64,000 bases of DNA from Felis catus (taxonomy: Eukaryota), in contig NC_058368.1 in NCBI RefSeq assembly GCF_018350175.1, positions 210,616,001 through 210,680,000 on the forward strand. The letters are read 5' to 3'. Below are positions 24,601 through 37,710 of the stretch, piece by piece. Each line of letters starts with the position of its first letter. The first letter of the stretch is position 1. The translations under genes and the position numbers were made by a program. Below the pieces are notes generated by a model. It made no database searches. It was not told where the DNA came from and saw only the letters and a program-made list of their open reading frames with translations.

Positions 24601-25367
24601 GGTGATAGTAACTAAACATATTAGATTACATATTTGTATAGGTCTAATAGCTTTGCCACTGAAGTCAAATTAAAATCTATTCTGTATTTTACCAGGAGAA
24701 AGAGCTAAAAACCTATATTCTGATCTATTTCCGAAATGGTTAAAGCATTGCTCTGGACCATAAAACCAGGACCGTGGTTTGGAAACAATCTTTGATATTA
24801 TCTTAAAATCTTCAAAACAAAATGCAAGTGTGGCCGTATTTTTTTTTTTTTTTTTTAGCTGATCTGCCGTACATGTATTTTAGTGTCTGTCTGATTGCGC
24901 TCAGATGTGGGTAAGCAGCGGGGAGGAAAAAATAATGTTTCTTTACTCTGTGGATAAAAAGACTTCAAATTACGTGCATCTCACATACTTTGGTAATCTG
25001 CCCCACATTCTACAGCATGATGTGGGCTAGATACTGCTAATTTGGTGTTTATTTCTTGGGGGAAAACAAACTTTGAAGAGAATGCTGCTACAGATAGGTG
25101 GTAATGTCGGAGCTGTGCGAAGAGAAATTGATAACTCTCAATAAAGACCTCAAGGAGATTTAATCACAGTTATGGTGGCTCCCCCATGAGCAATTGATTT
25201 GGGGAATCCCAAATTGTGTCCTCCCTGGCCATTATTGAGACATCAGCATTCACTCTCATTTTTTTTTTTTTTCAGATGAAAGCAACTGAACTAGGAGGTA
25301 CCATGTAGGCACCAAAGAACTAAGCAAGGACTTTCATATATTCATACTAAAGTCTTTGTAAGGAAGT

Positions 25368-25762
25368 TGAGAGAGAGAGAGAGTGCAAGAGAGAGAATCC
25401 CAAGCAGGCTGCATGCTGTCAATGCAGAGTCTGATGTGGGGTTCAAACCCATGAACTGAGAGATCATGACCTGTAGCTGAGATCAAAAGTTAATTGACTG
25501 GGGGCGCCTGGGTGGCGCAGTCGGTTAAGCGTCCGACTTCAGCCAGGTCACGATCTCCCGGTCCGGGAGTTCGAGCCCCGCGTCGGGCTCTGGGCAGATG
25601 GCTCAGAGCCTGGAGCCTGTTTCCGATTCTGTGTCTCCCTCTCTCTCTGCCCCTCCCCCGTTCATGCTCTGTCTCTCTCTGTCCCAAAAATAAAATAAAA
25701 CATTGAAAAAAAAAATTAAAAAAGAAAAAGTTAATTGACTGACTGAGCCACCCAGGCATCCC
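25368..25762 (-). mobile_element. Older CAN-SINE split by a nested younger SINE
   Basis: Body GAATCCCAAGCAGGCT...GATCAAAAGTT resumes after the insert as AATTGACTGACTGAGCCACCCAGGCATCCC. Confidence 0.88.
25501..25725 (+). mobile_element. Young felid SINE (SINEC_Fc-type), nested
   Basis: CpG-intact GGGGCGCCTGGGTGGCGCAGTCGGTTAAGCGTCCG... Perfect 16-bp TSD AAAAGTTAATTGACTG (25485-25500 / 25726-25741). Confidence 0.96.
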
Positions 25763-26179
25763 ATCTCTTCTTCTTATTCTTTTTTTTTAAATGGCTGCAC
25801 AATGTTTCATGATATGGATTTATCACAGTTAAGTCAATCATTCCCTATTGGTGGTTCTTTTCCCCCATGTATTTTCATGGCAATAAATGAATGAGTGAAT
25901 GTATATATATATATTTATCTATATATATCTATATATATATACAATCTATCTATATATATTTAGACAGATATGTATATATAAAATGATAAGCGATGCTTTC
26001 CTCTGGGCTAGATGGATTGCTGGGTTGGAAACTTCAAATATTTTTAATTTTAATAAGTGGTTTAAGATTACTTTCCAAAAAAGCATGTTTTAGTTCACAA
26101 TTTTACATGTTTACAATTTTAAAGCATGTTTTAGTTCATTAATTTACATTAGAGTAGATATAAAGTTCTAAATACTTGC

Positions 26180-26335
26180 ACTTCATTGTGGGACCCATGG
26201 ACCAGAAGCTTTGGCATCACCTGGGAGCTTGTTAGAAATGCAGAACCTTAGTCTTCCTCAGATTTACTGAATCAGAATCTGCATCTTAATAACATCCCAG
26301 GTGATTCATACATATTTCACCATCTGAAAATCACA
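26180..26335. mobile_element. hAT-Charlie MER5-like element
   Basis: GGCATCACCTGGGAGCTTGTTAGAAATGCAGAA...TACTGAATCAGAATCTGCAT...ATCCCAGGTGATTC is typical of MER5A/B. Confidence 0.8.
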
Positions 26336-26337
26336 GA

Positions 26338-26512
26338 TTTTTTTTTAATATTCATTTATTTATTTTTGAGGGAGGGATGGGTAGACAGAAAGGGACAGAG
26401 AGAATTCCGAGCAGAATTCTGACGTGGGGCTCAAACCCATGAACCATGAGATCATGACCTGAGCCGAAATCAAGAGTCAGATGCTTAACCGACTGAGCCA
26501 CCCAGGCACCCC
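26338..26512 (-). mobile_element. CAN-SINE inserted near the end of the MER5
   Basis: Reverse SINEC with TSD TGAAAATCACAG at 26325-26336 and 26513-26524. Confidence 0.92.
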
Positions 26513-27388
26513 TGAAAATCACAGTTTTAAATCACTTGCAATCTGTGTTAAATTGGAAGGGGTATCTATTTACAAATATTTTCTTTGGGAGGATAATTAA
26601 GAAATTAGTAATAGTAGTTGACTGTTGAGTGTAGCCTGGTGGGACTGGCAGACAGGACTGGGATGGAAACTTGCTTTTCACCATAAATTTGTGCAATCTT
26701 GGAGCTTCTCCATGTGCATGTACTATCTATTTAGACAAATCTTAAGAGCAACTTCTTGCAAAGATAACAGTTCCTTTGCATTCTCAAATCTCCAGGGAGA
26801 TAGCAGCTCTGTGACTCCATGGGTACTCCACACACACTACTGCTGATTTCATCATGTTGATGTACTCGGGTTTAAGAAGCATGGTGGGAAAGGAAAATTC
26901 TCCAAGCCACATAGCTTGTTTTTTGAGGATATGAGAATGTAATGATGTCACTGGGGTTTCTCTGTGGAGGGAGCATTTGACAGAGCAGGTAGAGTGAGTC
27001 AGTGTCATAGCACCTTCATGCTTTTTCTGCAAATCCCCCTAGTTGGAACTGTGATCATCATCCCAGTGTTAATTTTGCAATGATATATGATTTCCCAACA
27101 CCAGAACACTGCATTAAAAATGTTACAACTGATTCAACTTCTTCGTATATGAGAGTTCCCCGGTTTCTTGTGAATCAGAGAGCTAACAAGCAGGTGTTTC
27201 AGGGTATATGCTGGATCTGCTGATACCAAGAGGAGAGAGATTGAAGGAGGAGAGTAGCCAGCTCTGACTTCTAGAGTTGAAAATGGAGCCTCCCCACGAC
27301 GGTGATGGTCCTGGAAATCTTCCTGGGGCAAGAATCCCCCTCTACCTTGGTGATCCATTGCATACGCAACTTAATCATAGGAAACATA

Positions 27389-27565
27389 TTTTTTTAAGTT
27401 TATGTATTTATGTTGAGACAGAGAGAAAAAGGGAGAGAGAGCAGAGGTGGGGCTGAGAGAGAGGAAGAGAAAGAGTCCCAAGCAGGCTCCATGCTTAGCA
27501 CAGAGCCCGACATGGGGCTCAGTCTCACCACTGTGACATCACCACCCGAGCCACTCAAGTGTGCC
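27389..27565 (-). mobile_element. CAN-SINE with deleted or degenerate head
   Basis: Reverse SINEC body with TSD AATC(A/G)TAGGAAACAT. Confidence 0.85.
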
Positions 27566-27648
27566 AATCGTAGGAAACATTTCACGCAGGCGAAATTGAA
27601 AATATATGGAAGCTCTACACAGGCTCTGAAGGTTAAAATACATAAATG

Positions 27649-27884
27649 TTTTTGTTCTTTCGATTTTGAAGTTTATTTACCTATTTTGAGGGGGAGAAAG
27701 AGCATGTGCACATAAGCTAGGGAGGGGCAGAGAGAGAAAGGGAAAGAGAGAATCCCAGGCAGGCTCTGTGCTGAAGGCAGATGAATCATGAACCCATGAA
27801 TCATGAACCCACGAATCATGATACTATGACCTGAACTGAAATCAAGAGCCAGACACCTCCCTGACTGAGCCACCCAGGCGCCCC
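27649..27884 (-). mobile_element. CAN-SINE with internal rearrangement
   Basis: Reverse SINEC ending CCAGGCGCCCC, with an internal 15-mer repeat. Confidence 0.88.
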
Positions 27885-28322
27885 TATGAATCTTTTAAAT
27901 CTGATTTCTCCAGGTATCACCACCTTATAGGGTCCAAAGGACTTTATGTTATGTTCTTTGGCCCCTGAACCTACCCACTCCCTCAGGATCACTGACCTCC
28001 TGAAAAATGTTGCACAATTATTTGAGGGAGTCTTTGGGAATATTGAGATAGTTCTTATATGTGCTCACAAACAAATGAGGCCACCCAGCAAAGAATCTGC
28101 CATTTCTTACTTTTCACGAGCTTTGCCCCTTACCTCTGCATATCACTGCTCCTGCCAGGAATGTTTTTCCTCCACAGAGTATCTTTCTCCTAGGGGATAT
28201 CTGTCACCAGCTGCATCTGGGACTCTGGAGTCCTAGGGTGTATGTGGAGAGGTGGTAGAGGAGATTGAAGCCATGTGGCATTTTAGACAGGAGGAAAGAA
28301 CTTTTTCTTTTGGTGGCATTCT

Positions 28323-28548
28323 CTTTTATTTAATTAATTTTTAAAAAAAAAATAAGGTTTACTTATTTTTGAGAGAATGAGAGAGCACAAGTGGGGGAGG
28401 GGCAGAGAGAGAGGGAGACACAGAATCTGAAGCAGGACCCAGGCTCTGAGCCATCAGCACAGAGCCCAAGGCGGGGCTCTAACCCACGAACGGCGAGATC
28501 ATGATCTGAGCTGAAGTTGGACACTTAACTGAGCCACTCAGGTGTCCC
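28323..28548 (-). mobile_element. CAN-SINE
   Basis: Full reverse SINEC with TSD TGGT(G/A)GCATT. Confidence 0.92.
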
Positions 28549-28760
28549 TGGTAGCATTGTCGTTTAGAGGCTCCGTGTCCCAGGGTTTTAGTGAAACAGC
28601 CCTTTTAGTATTTACTTACAGTCCTCTCTTTCCTGAGGCCATAGGCACTAGAGGGCTTTGCCAGATGACAAATCCAAGTGTCCGAATGCACATTGTGGCC
28701 ATGTCATTGTTACTGAATCTAGCTATTCTTGCTCCTAGACTCAAGATACATTTTATCTCA

Positions 28761-28795
28761 GGATTCTGGGGATTCTGGGGATTCTGGGGATTCTG
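28761..28795 (+). repeat. 9-bp tandem repeat (GGATTCTGG) x about 4
   Basis: Seen directly. Confidence 0.9.
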
Positions 28796-30705
28796 ACTTC
28801 CAGATAAAGTTTCTGTTGGGGTCCCTGCTACAGTCTCAGCAGAAACTTTAGGGTCATAAGAAATAATAACTTATTGACTGGACTTCTCTGGGCCCTATTA
28901 CCTAAACAAAAGCATTTCATGGTTAAGCGGATATCATCTACTCAACTCTTGAGGGGCTTCCAGGGACACAGGCCCAGCCAGTTGTTTGGTTATTTGCCCC
29001 ATGGTAAGGCTAGTCCTACCTAGTTTTTAGCCATTTCTTGCTGTCTCTAGTGTGGAAACAGATCAGCTGTATCCTATGCAGGAGACAGCAGCACACTTTG
29101 CCTCACAGGGAAGTTGAAGGAGATTGTTTTCCATTCTCAGGTCCCATGCTGCCCCAGAACTGTGGCCCATGTGCAGCTCAGCTGTGAGGCTGTTTGGTGC
29201 TGGTGGGCAGGGTTGGGGAACTAGAGGATGGGAGGAACAAGGGGAGTGTCTTCACCCAGAGCACCCCAAGAAAGCGTAACAATGGTTTCCAAAAGGTACA
29301 TTTGTTTTCCTAAGTATAATTTTATTTCCCCCAAGAATAAAGGGCATGTGATGGTAGCCATAAAAGGGAACAGTGTGGGCATGGGGATATATCTTCTCAC
29401 CATGTTCTTCTGTCTCTGGGAATTCCTATTAGAAGAAGGGAGAACCTTATAAAGTGAGCTCACAACCAATTTGAAAATAGATCCATCAGCTGTGGTTTCC
29501 AGAACAATAGTTTGATCACAACTGATATGTGAGTTGCTAGTAATCACATTTTCAGTGGCCTTGCCATGTTCTTAGTCATAGAGGGAGGGATGGCTACAGG
29601 AAGTTATGCCGACTTTTTGATTTCAACTTAGCCTTGCCGGTGAAATTGAGAGTTAGGCGAAATTTCCATTGTTAGACAACCATCTAATGCAAAGGAATGT
29701 GTGGACAAACACATTGACAGGTTGTGTGATGTTTGTGTGCTTATTTTTAGACCTGTCCTAGGTTACCACTTCCACGTTTCTTCAAGGCTTAGCCTCATCC
29801 CATGCATGTGTTTAATATCTCTCTTCTACCCTCCCATGTCTAGCATGGGTGGGAGATGCAGGCAATAAGACAACGGGCTGTAGAGGGGGTTGTACCTCTG
29901 ATCTTGGTCAAGCTGTGTACCCCCAGCACCATGTTGGGGGGCTCAAATACTTGGAAGCCCAGGAATTACAGAGCAATGGCTGGAGAATGCGGACCACAGA
30001 TTGCTTTCCTTCTTCAGATTATTTTATTTTTTCATCCACATGGTTTGAATGTTCAGATATGCTGAGTGAAGCCACATCAAATCGGCTGAACATGATTGGG
30101 CAGTTTGTGCACTGCAAAAATGCAACCAGTTGAGAGGGAAATGGGGGCTGAACTGTATTCACTAATCTGTTGTGTCCTGCCATGTGCTGTATGAGTCTGA
30201 AGGAAGGGACGTCTCCCAGAGGGGGTGTCTTGATGGGAGTCACACAAGGTGTCGTATGAGCTAGTTGTGGCCCTGTATACATGGTTTAAACTGTGAAGCA
30301 ATGGGTTTGGATTTGGCAGCCTCTACTCTTGCTGCCACAACTGCCCTCTGACTTGCTTGGAATGACCCGCTTTGGGAAACCTGACTGTGGAAAGTGGATA
30401 GGCAGTGGGCCACATATAAGGCCCATGAATATTATTTGTTTGGTATTTGCAGAACCGGCCCACACATGTTTTAAAATGTTTGAATTAGTTGTCAATATTT
30501 CCAGTTTGAGTTTGCATAAGGATCAGAATTTCTGGCTTTCCACAGTACTGTCGGGTAACATTGGGCAGCAGCCAGGTCATGTGGGACAGTCCTCAGCGAG
30601 CCCTCTGGCCTTTCTACCACTGGCGATGAAGGTTGTGTTTGTCATAGTCCATGTGCTCTATTTTCTTGTAGTAGAATTAAGAGAAAGTGAAATCTATCCT
30701 TTGCT

Positions 30706-30937
30706 CTTTTTTTTTAGTTTTTATTTTTAACGTTTCTTCATTTTTGAGAGACCGAGAGAGACAGAGCATGAGTGGGGAAGAGGCAGAAAGAGAGGGAGAC
30801 ACAGAATCCAAAGCAGGCTCCATCCAGGCTCCGAGCTGTCAGCACAGAGCCCGACATGGGGCTTGGACCCACGAACCGTGAGATCATGACCTGAGCGGAG
30901 ATCGGACACTTAACTGACTGAGCCACCCAGGCGCCCC
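30706..30937 (-). mobile_element. CAN-SINE (felid type)
   Basis: Full reverse SINEC ending CCAGGCGCCCC. Confidence 0.93.
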
Positions 30938-31659
30938 AGTGTGTGCTCTTTTAAAAGTGAGAAAATTAAAGATAGACTGAGAAGCCAATTTTTTCAAGAA
31001 ATCTGATCTGGTACCACATTTTTCAAATGTCTGCCAAGGTCCTCTAGCATTTGTGTTTGCAGCCTGTATTCTCATGTCAGATTGTCTCAGCATCATGCAG
31101 TCAAGGAAACTGGAGAAATTCAGTTAGAGCACATGCTCCTTCCTTTGGCCATGAAATTAAGCTATTCGGCTGACAGAAGAGCCTTGATTTATCATGATGC
31201 CTCTACAGGAGAGGGCTCAGGAGGGGAAGAGTGTTCTGGAGGTTCATTCCTTTCACTGTCCTTGGTCTAAAGTGTTTGTCAGGAGAAAGGGTTTCGACCC
31301 TTCCCGCTGAGTTGGGGGTGGGGTGGGGGGAGCAGCACTAGATGGTCAGTGGACCACGCCTCAGGTCGAGATGTTATAATCAGATTTATGGAGATCCGAA
31401 TGCGGGGGAGGAAAGACAGTGAAATTGGTGACATAGGCAAGGCAAGCCAGGAGGCCACAAAAATGTCAGGTATGTAAATGGGTGGAGTCATCTTTCATAA
31501 GCCAAGGCCCCTGATGTCAAAATTCCTTTAGTCGGGAGGCAATGTGCAAGGGCAGAGAGGTCAAGAGACCAATTCTTAGCTGAAGGAAGTTCCGAGGGAC
31601 TTAATCACATGACTATATCTTATGATTCCTGTACCTGATCCACAGGCCAGAGAGAAGCA

Positions 31660-31900
31660 GTGCAGTTGGAGGGTTAGGGGCAAAGACTCTGGAGGCAGAT
31701 CCCTTCCTTCCCTGGTAGAAATCCTCGCTTCTTAGCAGCCATGTGAATTGGGAGAGCTCCTTAACCCTTCACACCTCAGCAGTGAGAATAGCAATAGATC
31801 TAACTTAGGAGTTGTCTGTAGATGAGAATTAAATGAGTCAGTTCATATAAAGTGCTTAGACAGTGGCCAGCAGGTGTCCAATACCCAGGAAGCATTTATT
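31660..31900 (+). mobile_element. MIR
   Basis: GACTCTGGAG...CCTTAACC...CCTCAG...ATTAAATGAG...TAAAGTGCTTAGA MIR signature. Confidence 0.7.
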
Positions 31901-33279
31901 ACTACCTGCTTGCTGGCTCTCCCTCCTACCTTAGGAAAATGCAATATTTAGAAATGTGGTTATCAGCTTGGAGGAAATTGCTCTCTATAAGAAGTAACAG
32001 AAGCATAGTTTTATAAGTGGCACCTTAGCAAATTGTAAAGGAACCTTCCAAACAATCCCACTGGCATAGTGGGTAAACTGCCCTCAACGGGCAGCTAAAT
32101 TCAGGAAGAAATCATAAAGGTCTCCTGTAGCATGAGAAAGCTAAGAGAGGTCTTCCAATGCAGGGCCCTCTTCCTGTAGATTCTTTTGCAAGGAGCCTGG
32201 TGGCAAAGGCTCTCCTTGACTTACAGGGACTATACCATGAAATGGGCTCAAATGGTGAAACTAGTGGGAGAGAAGTAAGCCCTCAGCCTTCGAGCGCATA
32301 GTGAGGTCTGCCGCGTGCGAGAAGGATGTTGTGGTTTCAGCCTGGTTTGTGGGGGCACAGCAAGGTGAGGCTGTTTCAGACAGTGCTCAGTGTCGCTGTC
32401 TCCCTGTGGTTAGCATGAAATGAGCAAAGACAAAACAGCGTTTGCTTGGAGCTCAAGCACTCAGGGCGCTGCTTTGAGCCCAGGGTGGCCCTTTTGGGGC
32501 TTTAAAATGCAGCCACAAGACTCTAGTGGCATCTCTTCCCAGATTTGTTTTCACACAGGCTTAAAAACAAAATTTCATGCCGTTCTTATGCTAAGAATCT
32601 GAGAGTGAATGTGCTCATCTATTTGTTTATCTGTGGCTCAACAGAATCTTTGGTGACGCCTCTAGTAACAGAGGATGCCCTCTTAAGTCTGTGTTAGAGA
32701 ACATGAGAACTATTATGGGTTGAAGGAGCTACTCCAGTAAGCAATATAAATTCATTATTAAGTCAAATATGCCAGTAAAATAGGAGAGGAGACAGACTGA
32801 GTTGAAAAAGGTGTTGGGGCACAGTTAGGGCCCTTTGTTTAGATAAGATGGGTAGGGTGTGGGGGAGGGGTTTAGATGGAGCCCTGCCAGTGGGGTTGCT
32901 GGGGTTACACCAGGCTCTGGACCCTCAGAGGAACTGATTAAGACAGAATTCTTGTTTCTCATTAGCGTCTGTGTGTCAGTCAGCCTCTAGCAGTTGTACC
33001 CTGATGTCACTCAACCTGTCTTCTCCAGAGCTGCAGAGAACCTTTTGGGGAGGAGGAAAATGACACTCTTACCACTTCCCTACACACACTCTCACACACA
33101 AATAATCCTAAAAAATGAGATCAATTCTCTCAACAGATCCAGTAAGGGGTGAATATGATTATAGGAACATCTTTATTCTAAAAAGCTGCCCTCACCTTTT
33201 AAGATTTCTAGTAAAAGGAGACATCCATCTTCACTCCTTACTCCATTCCATTTTTATTTAGTGTCTAGTATCAGAGGCT

Positions 33280-33740
33280 ATGTTGAGTGAAGCTGTATGA
33301 AGCCGAGTGTGAGAAAAAGATGATTAGTATAGAGTCAAGTTCTAAAGAACATTCTAAGAGGTGTGGAATTTATTTGAAAGCAATGAGTCAGAGGGAAGGT
33401 TTTTAAAGCAAAAGTGTGACCTGCGTAAGCAGTTTCAGGAAGATTATTTTGGGAGTAGTGCAGAGGCTGGGTTGGGGTAGAAAAAGGGAAGATGTGGAAG
33501 GTACAGAAAGTAGGGGATCAACTGAGAGCTATTCAAGAGTCTAGAAAGATTTTCAGGGCTTTTGAAATTGGGTGGCTGTTGAAACTGAAAGGAGAGAACA
33601 GATCTGAGAGACGTTTATAAGGAGTAATGAGATTTGGGTGTAAAGGGAGAGAGATCATGAGGAAGAAAGGACTTGGTCCAAGTGTCAGAGTGTCAGAGAC
33701 AGAACTGCAGGTGTTGCCATTGATGGAGAATGGGAAGTTC
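33280..33740 (-). mobile_element. L2 fragment
   Basis: Purine-rich degenerate L2 antisense pattern (GGAATTTATTTGAAAGCAATG...GATCTGAGAGACGTTTA...). Confidence 0.55.
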
Positions 33741-34589
33741 TCTTCTCAGAGAACCTCAGAGATGGATGGGGCCATAAAGCCATCCTGCCAAATGCCCCAT
33801 GTCTGTGTCTCGTCTTCTCCCACTGTAATCCTCCTTTAGGGAGCAATTGGCTGGTTTGGACAGGGTAACAGCTAAGTGGCTGGAGTATGGTATTGGGCTC
33901 CGCAGGTAGGGCTTCTAGTGCACGTGTGCCCTAAAGAAAGATGAGATCCATACGCGATGAAGACCAAGCTGAAAAGGCCCTTTCAGGAGAATGGAAGTTG
34001 GGGTAGCAGAGCTGACAAGCTGATTCAGTAGAGACAGAATTGCAGTAGGAGCAGGACAAGGGGTAAAGTTCTGAAGTCCCGTCGTGGCAGCCAACTGTCC
34101 TGCCACATGGCACTCTGCCTCTGTCGGAAAACTTCTGGCAACAGGGAGCCTGTATCTTCCGTCATGCTGCAATGTTTACTGGTGTTGGTTTACCCCTGGG
34201 GACCTTAGAGAGCACTCCTCTGTCCCATAGGTTGGAAGCTTCTCTACTCAAGCTTAAGGCTAAGGGGTTTGAATTTCCTCACTTATGAATAAAAAAAAAA
34301 TCAGTTCCTCTGCATATATAAAGTATGCATATATTCAAGCGTGTGGCCGGGAACTGCACACAGAATTGCAGCTGAGGTCTGACCACCACAGATCAGAGGA
34401 AAATCAGCATCTCCCTTACAACCACTGATGCCCTGAGGGCACTGGATTCTTCAGGGGCCACATTACACAGCAAATTAGAGTCAAATTTGCTTTGAACAAA
34501 ACCCTTTGTTTTTATTTTTAAATACAGCTAAGCCATACTTCCTCCATCCTGTGCTTGTGCAATGGGTGATTTTGTACACAAGTTGAGCA

Positions 34590-34825
34590 AACTGGGGAAG
34601 AGGATGGCTTTTGGTGTTAATATTGAGTTCCTAGTCTGTCTGTTATTTACCAGCTGTGTGACTTCAGGCAAGTTAATCTTCTCTTTAAATGCCATCTTCA
34701 CTATATGGAAATGGCAATACTAAGAGTACCTAACTCAGAGTTGTAAACACTGAGACAGTGCTTGTAAAGCTCTCAGCACAGTGCCTGCCTCATAGTAAAC
34801 CCTCAAAAAGAGCAGCTATTATTAT
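34590..34825 (+). mobile_element. MIR
   Basis: TTTACCAGCTGTGTGACTTCAGGCAAGTTAA...TGTAAAGCTCTCAGCACAGTGCCTG..CATAGTAA. Confidence 0.8.
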
Positions 34826-36129
34826 GTATAGTCACCTATTATTAGTACCTCAACCTTGTTATTGGGTCCTCTTTCTCTTATCAAACATAATTTAATTCAA
34901 ATCTCTTCCAACATTGCATCAACCATAATTCTAGGTCACCTGGATCCTACATCCCTGTTTGAATTTCTTTGTTGATGTTTTGTATCACAGAGATCAGTAA
35001 GACAGACATGGGCATTAGTTCCCATAGCTAACAATCTCTTGAGGAGAGAGGTAATGAATAATTTGTGTGATGAATCTTTTGTGTCCCTCCACTGGTTCCA
35101 GACTCAGTTGTCCTTGCATTTAGTCCATATTCGTTTCCTTTGTTCCCAAGGAAATCATGAATAATCCTGTAGACATCACATGATACCCAGAAGAGAGCCC
35201 TGGGATAAGAGACTTCCATGTCACAAAGGCAATAACTGGAGGTCACAGTAATAGTGCAATCAAAATGATTTCAAGATAGTGAGGCATTCCCTAAAATTAT
35301 AAGACTTGAAAGGCCCTTGAGTGGATGAGTTCTAGAACATTCTTCCTTTGTCTGGGAGAATCCCATGCAACCTCTTGTTTCAGCATGAAGTTGCATGTCT
35401 TGCCTGCTCCAGGACCTGTGTGGGAGAGCTCCTTTTTCGGCTCTGGGTCATGCCCAGTCACAACATCTGCTTAGTCTTGATGATGGTTAACAGATTGTGA
35501 CATGGTAGCAAATACCCACCAGGGAGACCTTTCATGTGGTGGTTGTCCTGCCTACTGCTTAGATGAGTCAATGGGCCTCAGGAGGCAGATTCTGCAATTT
35601 CCTTATTTAACAATGCTGTGCAAGAACATTAGGACAGCAAGGGATAGTGTCAGCTCTGCTTTTAATTTTTTTCTATTGGAAAATAGTGCTGCCTTGTCTT
35701 GTTCAATCCTTGACTAAATGTAGATTAGTTTACTGCCTGTGACCCCATCATGATATTTTATTTATTTGAGCTCAATTTTTCAGATATTCCTCTCCTTCCT
35801 TCTCTAGAAAAACTAGAATTATCTGGTAATAATTGCATGTGAACTGGCTAAGTTGAAATTTGGAAATCTCTGGCAGAGTTTCTACCACATCTCTGTACTT
35901 CTGGGTCACCACCCTCCATAATTTTAAAGACAAAGATTCTGGTAGTGGAGCCCACAAGAAGGAAATTAAGGAAACATGACACTGTCCAGAAATAGAATAT
36001 AAATCTTACTAACAATAGAAATTGTCTTCGGCTTGCTCACCATTCATGGTGATCAATCTAAATGTGATATTTCCACCCATTTTGCACAAATATATCAATA
36101 CAACTTAAAGTTGGCTATAATTTTAGTCT

Positions 36130-36960
36130 TAGGTTCTGGAGCATAGCAATAAAGAATACAAGAGAAATCTCTGGCTTCATTGAACTTACAGCCTAGTGGA
36201 GTGACAGGCAAACAAAAGAGTAAACATGTAGTTTGTCAGATGTAAGTAAGTACAATGGAAAAAAAATTATGTTGTGTTGGGATGTGGCTTATTTCTATTT
36301 TGTATTACCTGTTGAGGGAAGGCCTTAGTGACAAAGTGTCATTTAAATAGGCACCTAAAGGAAGTGAGGGGACAAGTCACACAGGTTGGGAGAAAGTCAT
36401 TCTAGGCAGTGAAAAAAGTACATGCAAAAGTCCTGAGACAGAAGTGTTCTGGTGTGTTCTAGGATCAACGAGGTGGATTTGTCACTTAAGTGCTCCACTC
36501 CACTTAAGTAGAGTGGGCAAGGGGCAAAATAGCAAGAGATGAGATCAGAGAGGTAGCAAGGAGTAAGCTCAGGGTGAGGACTTGGGCTGGATGCTGCACG
36601 AAATGGGATGCTGACAGAGGGTTGGAGTGAGGGGTGACATGACCTCACCTGCATCATAAAAGGTTCCCTCTGTTGGCTTGGACATGTGGAGTTTGTGACG
36701 ACTGTGAGTGATCAATATGGTAATCAAATGGACAGTAAGAGCAAAGTTTGGATTCCAGGGCACCGGTGAGAAGAATAGAAATTTCTGTGTTAGTCTCTGT
36801 AATACCCGCAAAGTAATGGAAATGGATGAGTCATTCAGGGACTGACTTTAGATGGAGAAGGCAGAGTTCTGAGGCCCTTCAACATTTGGAGGTTGAGTAA
36901 AAGAGGAGCATCCAGCAGCCACAGGGGCTCAGAAGGAGCAGTCAGGGGGGACAAATACCA
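36130..36960 (-). mobile_element. L2 fragment
   Basis: Antisense L2 3' region (GAACTTACAGCCTAGTGG...AGGGAAGGCCTT...GAGATGAGATCAGAGAGGTAGCAAGG...GTGACATGACCTCACCTG). Confidence 0.7.
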
Positions 36961-37356
36961 AGAAGGGGTTTCAGAGAAGGCCCACCACTGAGAAGACGCC
37001 ATCACTCACTTAAAAAGAAAACATTTTCTTGAGATAAGTATCATTGAATTTGAGTCACTAATATATACAAGGAAAAAGATATAATGGTGCGAGTAGATTC
37101 ATCTATATAGGAAATATTATATTCTATTAGGAAAGGATTAGAAATAGATGCGAGTAGCATGGCTGTACCAGCAGCTGATGATGCAGCCATCTCTTCAGCT
37201 TGTGTGGGATGAACCTTGGAATTTTACTGCACGTGGAGCCAGAACCACAAAATGTACACATCAGAACTTCCCTGATGTGGAGATTCAGGGGAATTTCCAC
37301 TATATTTGCCTAATGTACATACTTCTTACAGCGATTTTTCACGACTTATGTGTGTG

Positions 37357-37620
37357 TTTATTTTTGAACGCATTGTTCTGGTGTCTTCTATTTTCAGAAT
37401 CACGTCAAAATGCATTCCTTCTTACTTTGTATTTTTGCTCTGTACTTAAGGTCTATTATAGAATATTCTCCCAGTTAAGGAAGGCCCCCTTTTCATTGCC
37501 CCTAATAACCAGGTCTAAGTCATTTCTATACTTACAATGACAACATATATCACAAACACCATGTTTACATTTTATGTTTGGAAGATTCATTGCCAAGTAA
37601 TAAAAATCACACTCTTATTT
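37357..37620 (-). terminator. SPEF2: SPEF2 3'UTR with candidate polyadenylation signals
   Basis: Variant CATAAA at 37571-37576 and canonical AATAAA at 37357-37362 on minus, downstream of the stop. Which one is used cannot be seen. Confidence 0.45.
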
Positions 37621-37710
37621 TCATTTCTTTTCCTCTGTAAGTCTTGAAGGAGATCTCTCTCCATCACTTCCTTGTACATGCTCACTCCTTTGGAGAATTA
37701 TTTTAATATC
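37621..37710 (-). CDS. SPEF2: SPEF2, last coding exon including stop codon
   Basis: CTTCCCTTAG|GAT ATT AAA... = DIKIILQRSEHVQGSDGERSPSRLTEEKK-TGA, the recognisable SPEF2 C-terminus. Confidence 0.95.
   Translation of the reverse strand, partial: DIKIILQRSEHVQGSDGERSPSRLTEEKK

Noticed and set aside
28761..28795. (GGGGATTCT)n as an NF-kB array or CRISPR-like repeat
   Set aside because: It lacks the terminal CC of kB sites and has no spacers. Ordinary slippage repeat in a mammalian genome.
20661..30937. Apparent minus-strand bias of intergenic SINEs, hinting at a hidden transcript
   Set aside because: Too few copies to be persuasive, and no exon or promoter evidence.
31331..31350. CTCF-like GCACTAGATGGTCA (similar weak matches near 11425 and 48165)
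   Set aside because: Mismatches at core positions. Cannot be called without a PWM scan or ChIP data.
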